IMG/VR virus record: IMGVR_UViG_3300017598_000263
Span: 7,047-71,046 of that record
Length of the DNA: 64,000 nucleotides
Origin: a virus
Reading direction: 5' to 3' (one strand)
The notes beneath the pieces were generated by a model. That model searched no databases. It saw only the letters and a list, made by a program, of their open reading frames with translations, and was not told where the DNA came from. Position 1 is the stretch's first letter. Every line of letters starts with the position of its first letter. The translations under genes were made by a program, and so were the position numbers. Below are positions 49,607 through 59,092 of this stretch, in pieces.

Positions 49607-50227
49607 ATGATTGTCAGTGAAGCAATTGATTTACTTCAAAAAGGTGAGTTAAAACAGCTCAACATAAAAGACGATACTGCTGCGATTATAGGATTTATAA
49701 ATTTAGGTATCCTAGAATTGTATAAACGTTTTCCTTTGTGGGAAGCTGAAGCAACTATTACACAAGCTACTGGTGTGTCTACTTACACACTAGAAGAAGC
49801 AGATGCTAATGTAGATATTGACCTTAGTGATCACAGCTTGATAAAAATTCAGAAAGTATATGATGAAGACGATCTTCCATACGTTATAAACAACGAAAAA
49901 GATGAAGATAGTATAAGTACTCCAAAATACAATCAGATAAAAGTAGCTACTATAGTTCCTGATTATGAGATGAATGTTATTTACCGGGCTTCTCCTATAT
50001 TCCTTACAACAGTACGACAAACCATTCCATTACCATCACAATTCTATGAAGCACTATTTCTGTACGTAGCATTCAAAGGTCAATTATCTGTAAAATCTGG
50101 GATAAAAGAGGAAAACAATACTCACTATATCCGGTTTGAAGCTAGTTGTGACAGAATTAAAATGGAAGGACTTGGTGTAGAAAATGACATGGAATCTTCT
50201 AAATTTGAACAAAGAGGATTTGTATAA
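49607..50227 (+). CDS. Head-tail adaptor (N4 gp67-like)
   Basis: INLGILELYKRF...LP..F.EAL..YVA...KFEQRGFV; follows TerL. Confidence 0.7.
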   Translation: MIVSEAIDLLQKGELKQLNIKDDTAAIIGFINLGILELYKRFPLWEAEATITQATGVSTYTLEEADANVDIDLSDHSLIKIQKVYDEDDLPYVINNEKDEDSISTPKYNQIKVATIVPDYEMNVIYRASPIFLTTVRQTIPLPSQFYEALFLYVAFKGQLSVKSGIKEENNTHYIRFEASCDRIKMEGLGVENDMESSKFEQRGFV

Positions 50228-50589
50228 TGGCTAAAGAACTACCAGCTATAGCAGGTGAATGTGACTTAATAACAAATGCTGCTACTGATAGAACAATACA
50301 ATTTACTCAAAAGATAAATGATGTTGGTATAGATTTTACACACGCTGACTACACAGAATTTACTTTTGTAGTTAAAGCAACTGCTACCTCTGGTACAGCA
50401 ATACTTACAAAAACACTAACTGATAGTGGTGGTATTGAAGTAGATGCACTTGGAAATATTAACGTAACTTTCACTGATGAAGATTTAGATTTAGATGATG
50501 TTAGTTATGAATACAGCTTAACGTATGTACTGAGAGGATTAGTTATTCCTTTAATGATCGGTGCATTTATACTTAAGGCTAGAGCATGA
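50227..50589 (+). CDS. Ig-like tail-fibre attachment protein
   Basis: 120 aa, beta-rich, precedes the fibre gene. Confidence 0.5.
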   Translation: MAKELPAIAGECDLITNAATDRTIQFTQKINDVGIDFTHADYTEFTFVVKATATSGTAILTKTLTDSGGIEVDALGNINVTFTDEDLDLDDVSYEYSLTYVLRGLVIPLMIGAFILKARA

Positions 50590-52844
50590 GTGTAACTGTA
50601 GAAATTATTGAATCCACCGTAGATGTTACTATTGGAAATTCAACAACTTCAGTAGTTGTAGCTAATGCTACATCAGCAGTAAGTGTCAGTAGTGTTTCTT
50701 CATATGACTCCAGTATTTTAGGTGATCTATCTGCAGCAGAAGCTAATGCTGAAGCACAAGCTGGATACGCTGAAGAATGGGCATCTTCTGATAGTGATGT
50801 TTCAGTAGAAGCTGGTGGTGGAGTTGGAATTAATTCAGCCAAAACAGAAGCTGAAGCAGCAGCTGCAGATGCCGTTTTAACAGCCGCAGATGTTGTGTCT
50901 ACCGGATTAGATGTAGTTGCTACAAATGCTGACGTAGTTTCTACTAACGCTGACGTTGTACTGACAAATGCTGATGTAGTTGCTACCGGTAATGACCTTA
51001 CAGCAACCAACCAAGACACAGTAGATACAGCAGCTGATGTGGTATTAACAAATGCTGATGCTGTATCAACAGGAAATGATGTTACTTCCTGTAGTAATTC
51101 AGCTTCTGCAGCAACAACAGCCCAAGGTTTAGCAGAAGATGCTCAAGGATTTGCCGAAGACGCACAGACAGCAGCTGAAGCAGCTCAAGCAGCAGCAGAA
51201 GACGCAGCAGATTCTACAGGTACATCTGTTTCAAGTGTTCTAATTGGTACAGGTGCTAAATCATTTGAAACCCAAGCAGATAAATATTGGGTAACTGGGC
51301 ATTCATTAAAAATAGTAAGTGATGCTGACCCAACCGTAGATTATATGATCTGTGTAGTTACTAGTTATTCTGGTACTACTTTAAATGTAACAGTATCAGA
51401 TGCATATGGTTCTGGGACTCATACTGATTGGACAATATCGATGGGGGCATCTGATCACAATCATGATACTGATTATTTAGCCCTTTCTGGTGGTACTTTA
51501 ACTGGTGATTTAGACGTACCTAATGTTTCAGTTTCTGGTGTCGTTAATGCAGCAGGTGGTGTTGATGTCGGGGACCCTGGGTTTGAAGCATCTGGTATTA
51601 ATATTAATGGTGTTACATACACTACTGGATTACGCGTAAATGATATTGGTGGTTCTAACGCTGCCCAAATGGTTATACACCGTCATAGCACAACATTACA
51701 GCCATTATTACTTGGTGCAAGATCGAATACTAATGATAATACACATGCAGCAGTGACAACTGGACAAAGTTTATTTACAACTTTTGCATCAGGATGGACT
51801 GCCAGTCATTATGATTTATTTGGTTCTTCTGACTTTAAAGTAGGTACAGGTACTGTAAGTGCAACTTCAAGCCCAGGTAAATGGGTATTAAGTTTGACCC
51901 CTGATGGGAGTAATTTACCCACAGCATGTATAACTGTTGACTCAGATAAATCAGCAGTATTTGCTGGAGATATTAGTGGTACTAACTTATCTGGTACAAA
52001 TACTGGTGACCAGGATAAAGCTAATATTGATGCATTAGGAATAGAAGCTTCCTCATTATCTGGATTAAACTCTACTGTAGCTGATTTAAATGTGTTTACT
52101 GAACTAGCTCCGTATGCTTCAGCTACCCCAGATACGTACATAAATGTTACTGCAGGTTCAGTACTTTCAGCAGGTTCTGGTCAAATAACTACTGTAGCAG
52201 AAGGTACTCAGGTTGCTGGCAAAACAGGTTTTGTAGCGGATACCTACAGTGCTTTAAATGTTATATACATGGATACTGATGGGGATTTGTATCTATTCCC
52301 TGGTGCAAGTACAACTGGCACACCAGTAATACCTAGAATACCCTACGGAACTATAGCTATATGCGCCATTCTTGAAACTGGCCCTAGTGATACTATAGTT
52401 GAAACAGCTGATATAACAGATTTGAGAAAGTACAATTTCTCATCTCTTATGGAACGACAAATATTAACTACTAATATTGAAAACTTAGATGCAACTGCTT
52501 CAGAATTAAACGTAAAAGAGTACATAATAGATGTAACATTAGGTACTTCTAAAACAGAGTATGTAAAAATTCTTTGGCCCTGTACAGTTACTAGAATTGA
52601 TAGCGTTATAGACGGTGCTCTTTCAGGTACAGACGAAACACTAACATTTAAAGATGATAGTAATAACGATATGGACTCAGTTATGACAATAGCTGTAGCC
52701 TCATCTACTGGTGGTACAGATGATACAGTTTTGCCATCTACAAATAACACTTTTTCTGCTAATGACATACTTAAAATAGCTATTGGTGGTGAAAATAGTA
52801 ACGCAGTAAAAGCACGAATTACTATAAGAATGGATCTTGGATAG
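50586..52844 (+). CDS. Tail fibre protein
   Basis: Heptad xADVVxT repeats (about 50860-51085), HNHD..YL.LSGGTLTG, NLSGTNTGDQ. Confidence 0.75.
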   Translation: MSVTVEIIESTVDVTIGNSTTSVVVANATSAVSVSSVSSYDSSILGDLSAAEANAEAQAGYAEEWASSDSDVSVEAGGGVGINSAKTEAEAAAADAVLTAADVVSTGLDVVATNADVVSTNADVVLTNADVVATGNDLTATNQDTVDTAADVVLTNADAVSTGNDVTSCSNSASAATTAQGLAEDAQGFAEDAQTAAEAAQAAAEDAADSTGTSVSSVLIGTGAKSFETQADKYWVTGHSLKIVSDADPTVDYMICVVTSYSGTTLNVTVSDAYGSGTHTDWTISMGASDHNHDTDYLALSGGTLTGDLDVPNVSVSGVVNAAGGVDVGDPGFEASGININGVTYTTGLRVNDIGGSNAAQMVIHRHSTTLQPLLLGARSNTNDNTHAAVTTGQSLFTTFASGWTASHYDLFGSSDFKVGTGTVSATSSPGKWVLSLTPDGSNLPTACITVDSDKSAVFAGDISGTNLSGTNTGDQDKANIDALGIEASSLSGLNSTVADLNVFTELAPYASATPDTYINVTAGSVLSAGSGQITTVAEGTQVAGKTGFVADTYSALNVIYMDTDGDLYLFPGASTTGTPVIPRIPYGTIAICAILETGPSDTIVETADITDLRKYNFSSLMERQILTTNIENLDATASELNVKEYIIDVTLGTSKTEYVKILWPCTVTRIDSVIDGALSGTDETLTFKDDSNNDMDSVMTIAVASSTGGTDDTVLPSTNNTFSANDILKIAIGGENSNAVKARITIRMDLG

Positions 52845-52909
52845 GAATAAAATTGTTTATATACTAATAACACTATAGACTTAACACAAATAAATAATTG
52901 AGGTGATGT

Positions 52910-53122
52910 ATGGCTGGTAAAGGTGATGGTATATATGTTTGGGCAGGTGCTGGTACTGACGGTGGTGATGAACATAAAAAAACTGGTGAAAAATCTCTTG
53001 GTATACCGATAGGCACTATTGGATTTAATAATGATGGTGCTTCTACAGCTAATGTATATATATGGACCGGTGTAATTTGGGCTGATACTACTCAAACAGT
53101 TGCTGGATTTTTTGGAGTATAA
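52910..53122 (+). CDS. Small Gly-rich structural protein
   Basis: 70 aa, GAGGTG RBS. Confidence 0.6.
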   Translation: MAGKGDGIYVWAGAGTDGGDEHKKTGEKSLGIPIGTIGFNNDGASTANVYIWTGVIWADTTQTVAGFFGV

Positions 53123-53125
53123 GAT

Positions 53126-54889
53126 ATGCCCTCTGCTGCATTAGCTCATTTGCTGAAAAGAAAAGGTATCATAGTTCCTACAGGAGCTAGTGCAATAGAT
53201 TTCTATGCTCCTTTAATAAACTCATTAATACCTAATAAAGGTATTGGTTCATATACAAATACTCGTAATGATGCAGATGCTACTTTTGTTGACTATGAAG
53301 ATAAAATAATTCAAGTAGCTGCCAATGAAGCAAGATTTCCTGGATTGCGTAGAGTATCTAACCATATACCTGACAGTTCTGATGTATCACCAACTAATAC
53401 TGCATTCAGTTGGTTATTCTCTATTGATGGTGGAGCAGTAGCAGCACCTGATAGTTCTTTAACAGCTAGACGTATTACACCTCACACAATCGGTATACTT
53501 GGTTGGACATGTAGTAGCTTACATCCTATTGGATCTACTGCATTAAATAGTCTATGGGTAAGAACTAATATGTCTTCTCTTGGATTTATTAATGGTCATA
53601 ATGGAGGAATAGCAGATAATATAACTGTGACTCCTAATGTATGGCAAAGAATAACAGCTGATTACGCTATTGTAACTGCTACAGGTGCTTTTGGTTTATC
53701 TATGTCAGGTCTAAATCCTGCTTCTGACTGGATTGAAGTATGGCATCCACAAGCTGAAACTATATCAGGTGCTATAAATGATAATCCTAGTGAGTATGTT
53801 GATACTAATATAGACCATGGTACAGGTACTAATCACTCTAAGTATTTTACAGTTACTAATCCAAATGAAGTAACAGATAATATTATTACTGAAACAGTAT
53901 CATCAACAGCTATTACAGGTGCTCCAGGCTATCTAACAGAAGCCAATAGTGAGAATATGGTTCTTCAATCAGAAGACTTTACTACTACTTGGGTAGATAC
54001 TTGGGGTAGTGGTGTTACGGTCACTGCTGATGATACTACTGCACCGAACGGTGAAACTACTGCAGATAAAATTGCTAGAGATGGATCTTCTGGAGATGCC
54101 GTTAATCAAATTATAAGCTTAGCTACAGACACAAAATATTTTTTAAGCCTTTATGTAAAGAATGTCGATGCTAACCAGAGCAGATTGCATCTATGGGATA
54201 ATACTGCAGCTGCTTCAGCAGGATATGTACAAATAAACTGGTCCGGTACAACTCCAACATTACCTGGCGGTTCTCCTGCTGGAGCAAGGATTGTTGCTTT
54301 AATAGATGACTGGTATAGAGTAGAAGTTCCTTTTACTACTACTAATACTGGCGATCACAGATTCTTGTTTATGCCTCAGTCTACAGGTGGAGCAGGTTGG
54401 AATGGTTCTAGTGTATATGTATGGGGTGCACAACTAGAAACTGAAGCAGTTTCATCTTACATACCTACTACAACAGCTTCTGTTGTTAGAGCCAGAGATT
54501 ACACAGGATACGATTTTGCTAATCTTAATGTAAACGAAGGTAGTATGACATTAACAGTTACACCTCACGTAGATGTAACTGACTTTAGTGGTAATTGCAG
54601 AGTTATAAAAGGTGATAGTGCTGAATATGAAGCAATTATAGGACTTAGTAATACTACAGGTAAATATTTTATAGACTCTGATGATACTCTTAATGCTTCA
54701 TCAACAGTAGATGCTACTCCGCATATAACAGTATCCATAGCAGTAACTTGGTCAGTTACAGCTGGTACAATAAGTATTAGTGTAGATGGTGAAACACCTG
54801 TTGAAGTTTCAGGATTCATCGGTTTTGACTACACTGAATTTAATATTGGTGATGGTCTATTCAGTGGAACTGTTAGAGGAATCGATTAG
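53126..54889 (+). CDS. Tail/head-spike protein with carbohydrate-binding and C-terminal LamG-like domains
   Basis: N....SEDF, WYR, VWGAQLE...SSYIPTT..V.RA.D motifs; ends GLFSGTVRGID. Confidence 0.7.
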   Translation: MPSAALAHLLKRKGIIVPTGASAIDFYAPLINSLIPNKGIGSYTNTRNDADATFVDYEDKIIQVAANEARFPGLRRVSNHIPDSSDVSPTNTAFSWLFSIDGGAVAAPDSSLTARRITPHTIGILGWTCSSLHPIGSTALNSLWVRTNMSSLGFINGHNGGIADNITVTPNVWQRITADYAIVTATGAFGLSMSGLNPASDWIEVWHPQAETISGAINDNPSEYVDTNIDHGTGTNHSKYFTVTNPNEVTDNIITETVSSTAITGAPGYLTEANSENMVLQSEDFTTTWVDTWGSGVTVTADDTTAPNGETTADKIARDGSSGDAVNQIISLATDTKYFLSLYVKNVDANQSRLHLWDNTAAASAGYVQINWSGTTPTLPGGSPAGARIVALIDDWYRVEVPFTTTNTGDHRFLFMPQSTGGAGWNGSSVYVWGAQLETEAVSSYIPTTTASVVRARDYTGYDFANLNVNEGSMTLTVTPHVDVTDFSGNCRVIKGDSAEYEAIIGLSNTTGKYFIDSDDTLNASSTVDATPHITVSIAVTWSVTAGTISISVDGETPVEVSGFIGFDYTEFNIGDGLFSGTVRGID

Positions 54890-55905
54890 TGAAAATATAC
54901 AATAAAACATTCTCCGAGGATTCGTTAAGAACTTTATCAGGATGGGATGGTACTCCAGATCCTGCACAATTTTGTACATACTTTCCAAGTCTAATACACT
55001 GTGATGATTTTAATGGATTAACTACAGGTGAACTGGATGATGAAACTGCTTATGACAGTTTTTACACTAACTTAAGTGGAGCAGAAGTTAAAGGCTCATT
55101 ATGGAAAGAAGACACAGGTGGTTATTCTAATAGTACTTATGCTGACACAGGATGTCTTAAGTACTTATTAAACTCGGTAGATAGAAATGAATATCCAATG
55201 GAAACTATGCACCCACACCCAGGGTTAGATAGTACAGAAGACGTACTTTACTTTGGTTGTATGATTTATATATCAGCAGACATACTGTCTAAAATTTCTG
55301 GTCCTGATGGAGGTTTGCTTGGAGCTGGTTCTAAGCTAATGGCATTTCCTGCTTTAAATGGACAAGAAGCACGACCTATTGTATTTATGCAAACTATTCC
55401 TGACACAAGAGATGAACATCCAAATAGTGTTGTAACAACTAATCCAACAGATACTACACCAGTTTATTGGATACCAATGCTATCTCCCACAGCATCTCAA
55501 ACTAATGCCAGGGACGAAGAGAACAATTTTGAAAGAAGTGGTGCTGTTGGTTATTACAATGGTGGAGATTTGCATGGATTTACGTTTAATGACTATGTAG
55601 ATCAATGGATCTATGTAGAAATGCGAGTAGCTAAGACTGTTGCTGCTAACTCTAACCATGAGCTATATATATACACACAAGATGGTGTATATCAAGGTGC
55701 TCATTTCGCTACTTATGGTGCAGATACACCAATGATTGAATGCGCTAGTGAAACAATATCAGCATCTCACGGAAATTGGGATAGGCCGAGTTTCATGTAT
55801 TGGATAGAGTATCATAGAGGTGCTACTGCAGAAACTTATACAAAACTTGATAATGTAAGAATATCAACTACGTTTATGGGACCACCTGAAGGATTTGTAG
55901 TATGA
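54889..55905 (+). CDS. Beta-sandwich (lectin/lyase-like) putative receptor-binding protein
   Basis: GTG start overlapping the upstream stop with AGAGGA RBS; DQWIYVEMRV and LDNVRIST motifs. Confidence 0.55.
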   Translation: MKIYNKTFSEDSLRTLSGWDGTPDPAQFCTYFPSLIHCDDFNGLTTGELDDETAYDSFYTNLSGAEVKGSLWKEDTGGYSNSTYADTGCLKYLLNSVDRNEYPMETMHPHPGLDSTEDVLYFGCMIYISADILSKISGPDGGLLGAGSKLMAFPALNGQEARPIVFMQTIPDTRDEHPNSVVTTNPTDTTPVYWIPMLSPTASQTNARDEENNFERSGAVGYYNGGDLHGFTFNDYVDQWIYVEMRVAKTVAANSNHELYIYTQDGVYQGAHFATYGADTPMIECASETISASHGNWDRPSFMYWIEYHRGATAETYTKLDNVRISTTFMGPPEGFVV

Positions 55906-56390
55906 GTATATATAGTGCAATAGTAGCAGTTCATCCAGATGTTGAATCAGAATTCGTAGATGAGAATGCTTTAAATGAAATGCCTGTTGAAATGAGACAA
56001 GCAGTTGAAGGTAGAAATAAAGCAGGATTAACCGGGCTAGCAGTACATAGTATTACTTACCCGTGTTATTTAGTTTGGGGTTCTATTGAAGGTCTAGGAG
56101 CTGCTCAACTAAGATGGGGTGATAACCTCATAGTTATGGATACCTGGACAAAAAATGGTACAAGAGCTGGTACTTACTACGAAAACGAAATTGATACTTC
56201 AGATCCAATGAATCCTATTGTAAATAGGGTACTGGTAGGTGAGCCGGTAAGAGAACGTCATCCACAATTAATGAATATTCTTCCTGATGTTATTCTATAT
56301 GATGCCGATGGTAATGAATTTGGAAGAAGTAGACCAACAGACTTTTCTACATTACCTACTATATTAGGTCATGGAATAAGAGAAGTATGA
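55902..56390 (+). CDS. Hypothetical tail-associated protein
   Basis: 162 aa, ATGA-coupled on both sides. Confidence 0.55.
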   Translation: MSIYSAIVAVHPDVESEFVDENALNEMPVEMRQAVEGRNKAGLTGLAVHSITYPCYLVWGSIEGLGAAQLRWGDNLIVMDTWTKNGTRAGTYYENEIDTSDPMNPIVNRVLVGEPVRERHPQLMNILPDVILYDADGNEFGRSRPTDFSTLPTILGHGIREV

Positions 56391-57070
56391 AAGTTTATAA
56401 TAAAGCTTTGGAAGGAACTTTTTTACAGTATGCTTCTGTTGTTGGAGGTAGACCAACATCCGGGGCTACTATAATACATGATACTTTTACTGATGATGAT
56501 GCAACAATTCTAGACGGAAGAAAACCAGACATAATAAATTTACTAAATTCTGCCTGGATAAAAGCAAATACTTACGATATGGAAATTAGTGGAAATGAGT
56601 TAGTGTACATTCCTGCGGCAGAAACAGCTGAATATAAAGATAATGACCATATTATTGACACTACGCTAACTGCTTTAACAATTGAAGTTGATGTAAGAGT
56701 TAGCAATATGGATGAAATTATTTACCATAGTGTTGTTATTAGGTATATCGATAATTTAAACTCAACAGTTGTTCAATGGCAGTCAGCTGCTGGTATTGCT
56801 CATAGTTTACAAATCAAAGAACAAGTAGATGCTGAAGGATCTAGTGATATAGGTGGAGAAGGTGGAGGTCACACATTTGCTAATACAGATAATCTCGGTG
56901 AAAAGCACACTATGAGAATAGTAGATGATGGAAATACAATTACAGCTACGTTGTTAGGAGAAACAGTAACAGCAAATTCATCAAACCATACCGAATCTAC
57001 ATCAGTAGGAATAAGAACAAGTGAGCGTCCTGGTCAAGCCTGGGATAACTTTATAGTTAGTAAAACATAA
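56387..57070 (+). CDS. Concanavalin-like beta-sandwich tail-associated protein
   Basis: DTFT...HTMRIVDDGNTITA...VGIR...WDNFIV. Confidence 0.55.
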   Translation: MKVYNKALEGTFLQYASVVGGRPTSGATIIHDTFTDDDATILDGRKPDIINLLNSAWIKANTYDMEISGNELVYIPAAETAEYKDNDHIIDTTLTALTIEVDVRVSNMDEIIYHSVVIRYIDNLNSTVVQWQSAAGIAHSLQIKEQVDAEGSSDIGGEGGGHTFANTDNLGEKHTMRIVDDGNTITATLLGETVTANSSNHTESTSVGIRTSERPGQAWDNFIVSKT

Positions 57071-57079
57071 GGAAAATAC

Positions 57080-57349
57080 ATGAACAGCTTCATAACGTGG
57101 ATATTCAGAATACTTATATCAGTAGACCAGTTTTTCAATGTTTTATTAGCTCCAGTATGGCCCTTAGTATTCTGGGGATCAAAGGGTTGGGGTGCTCCAG
57201 ACGAAACCATTAGCTCAGTATTAGGAAAAAACTATAAGCCATGTAGAGCCTGTAGATTTATGTGCAGAATAATATCTAGATTTGACTTTGCTTCTTCAAA
57301 GCATTGTAGGGATAATATCGAAAAAGACGAAGGCATAAAACAAAAATAA
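57080..57349 (+). CDS. Conserved small phage protein
   Basis: DQ..N....G.PDETISS..G....C....HC motif. Confidence 0.65.
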   Translation: MNSFITWIFRILISVDQFFNVLLAPVWPLVFWGSKGWGAPDETISSVLGKNYKPCRACRFMCRIISRFDFASSKHCRDNIEKDEGIKQK

Positions 57350-57371
57350 ACTACATACAGAGATTTCTATC

Positions 57372-57818
57372 ATGTCAGATGAAAAAGTGTACACAGAAAT
57401 TGAGTTCAAGCAGGCTATAATTGAGAATAAATTAGTTAGTATTGAAGCAAACACTGCAGCTCATATAAAAGAAGAAGGAGAGCAATGGCAGAAGCAAAAT
57501 GCAAAGCTTGAAAACGTAGAGGATATGGTACGAAAATTTCCTGAACAGATGGCTACTTGTAGGAATAATATGGAAAAAGACTTACGTGGAGAATTCATAT
57601 CTAGAACTGAAGTCAAACAAATGGAAGAACGATTAGACTTGAGAATTGATGAAGTACCAAAAGTAGTTGGTGCTCAAATCCAAACAATGACAACTAATTT
57701 AAAAAACAATCAAGAAGCAACAATAAGTGCTGCCCTTAAACGTATTTTAGTTTATATAGGAATTGGCTTCGGTGCTGCAGTTTCAGTTCTTTCATTAGTA
57801 ATGAAATTAACAGGATAG
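57372..57818 (+). CDS. Coiled-coil protein with C-terminal TM helix (lysis-region membrane protein)
   Basis: 148 aa with one C-terminal TM segment. Confidence 0.55.
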   Translation: MSDEKVYTEIEFKQAIIENKLVSIEANTAAHIKEEGEQWQKQNAKLENVEDMVRKFPEQMATCRNNMEKDLRGEFISRTEVKQMEERLDLRIDEVPKVVGAQIQTMTTNLKNNQEATISAALKRILVYIGIGFGAAVSVLSLVMKLTG

Positions 57819-57820
57819 AT

Positions 57821-58015
57821 ATGCGTATACCAACAGGAAAAGGTGATAGCTCAGTAACTCTATTTTTAGTTGTATGTGGATTACTTGTCCTATCGTATAC
57901 AGTATACAAACAGGCTGAAACAGTAGATATACAATCAATAGGCATAGCCTGGGCTGCTATATCATCTATCTGGGTTGGTCGTGAATGGAAGAAGGCTCAC
58001 TATGCAGGAGAATAA
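57821..58015 (+). CDS. Putative holin
   Basis: 64 aa, two TM segments, basic C-terminus, in the lysis cluster. Confidence 0.55.
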   Translation: MRIPTGKGDSSVTLFLVVCGLLVLSYTVYKQAETVDIQSIGIAWAAISSIWVGREWKKAHYAGE

Positions 58016-58403
58016 TCCAGATAAGCACGTAGTCTACGAACGTAGATTAGGACCGGGTTATCGCTTCTTAGTTCGAGCTGTGGTTTTTATTCTATCTGCT
58101 ACATTTTTTACGTTTGCTGGTATGACTTGGGTTAAATTAGAGCATAGTCAAAATACAACTGAAGTATTAAAACTAGATAGTGTTATCGAAGCTGAAATAA
58201 GGAAACAAGATGAAGAACTACTTGCTGAAGGTAAGACCTTCCTTAAACACAATCGCCCTTATGATGCTAATGGTTCTCCCACTCGTAAGTGGTTGCGGTA
58301 CTTGGACCGCCAGAGGACAATTGCGAGGGCAAGGGCTAACGGAGCCACTCTCAGTGAAAAAGCCACCTATTTGTATAGACAAGTCGAAAGAGTGTGGGAT
58401 TGA
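58002..58403 (+). CDS. i-spanin (Rz-like)
   Basis: N-terminal TM followed by a helical domain; overlapped by a lipoprotein ORF. Confidence 0.6.
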   Translation: MQENNPDKHVVYERRLGPGYRFLVRAVVFILSATFFTFAGMTWVKLEHSQNTTEVLKLDSVIEAEIRKQDEELLAEGKTFLKHNRPYDANGSPTRKWLRYLDRQRTIARARANGATLSEKATYLYRQVERVWD

Positions 58404-58485
58404 ATACGCTATATGGGAACTTGAACAAATTATTGAAGCTGGCAGTGCTAATGCAAGATTTCAACATTTAGAAGATGGACAATAA
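58210..58485 (+). CDS. o-spanin (Rz1-like lipoprotein)
   Basis: Signal peptide with lipobox LVSG-C, overlapping the i-spanin in another frame. Confidence 0.65.
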   Translation: MKNYLLKVRPSLNTIALMMLMVLPLVSGCGTWTARGQLRGQGLTEPLSVKKPPICIDKSKECGIEYAIWELEQIIEAGSANARFQHLEDGQ

Positions 58486-58604
58486 AGTTTTAAGTAGTAT
58501 ACTAAAGTATACCAAATAATTGGTACAACTAACCGGAGTAAAAACATGATTGCATTTATACTTGAACTTTTAGCTACAGCTCTACTGATGTTGATAACAG
58601 CTTA

Positions 58605-59048
58605 ATGCCACACTTTGGTAAAAGATCTAGTGACCAACTGAAGACTTGTTCATGGAAATGGCAAGTAATTCTTCAGGAGGTCATTAAATATTATGATTGT
58701 ACTGTGCTCGAAGGTCATCGAGGTGAAGAAGCACAACATAAGAATTTTATTGATGAAGTTTCTCAAGTAGATTGGCCTGATGGTAAACATAATGCCTATC
58801 CTTCTGAAGCAGTAGATGTTACTCCATTCCCTATTCCAGAGGATTGGGGTGCATTAAATAAAAACATGACAATAAAGCAGCGTGATAATGCCTGGAAAGA
58901 AAGACTAAAGTTTTATCAATTAGCTGCTATTATAAAATTTGTAGCTTCATCAAAAGGAATAGAAGTTCGTTGGGGTGGAGATTGGAACAGAGATGGAGAT
59001 TACAGAAATAACAAATTTGAAGATTTAGTTCACTTTGAACTTTTGTAA
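58605..59048 (+). CDS. Endolysin, peptidase M15 (L-Ala-D-Glu type)
   Basis: EGHR...Q, KHN..PSEAVD, RWGGDW and DLVHFEL motifs. Confidence 0.88.
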   Translation: MPHFGKRSSDQLKTCSWKWQVILQEVIKYYDCTVLEGHRGEEAQHKNFIDEVSQVDWPDGKHNAYPSEAVDVTPFPIPEDWGALNKNMTIKQRDNAWKERLKFYQLAAIIKFVASSKGIEVRWGGDWNRDGDYRNNKFEDLVHFELL

Positions 59049-59092
59049 TTCGTATCGTACAATGCGGTTAACTACTTATATTGGTATACATA

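Noticed and set aside
50860-51085. 21-nt quasi-repeats in the tail fibre gene as an array or DGR target
   Set aside because: They are coding heptad repeats (xADVVxT); no reverse transcriptase or TR/VR pair is seen.
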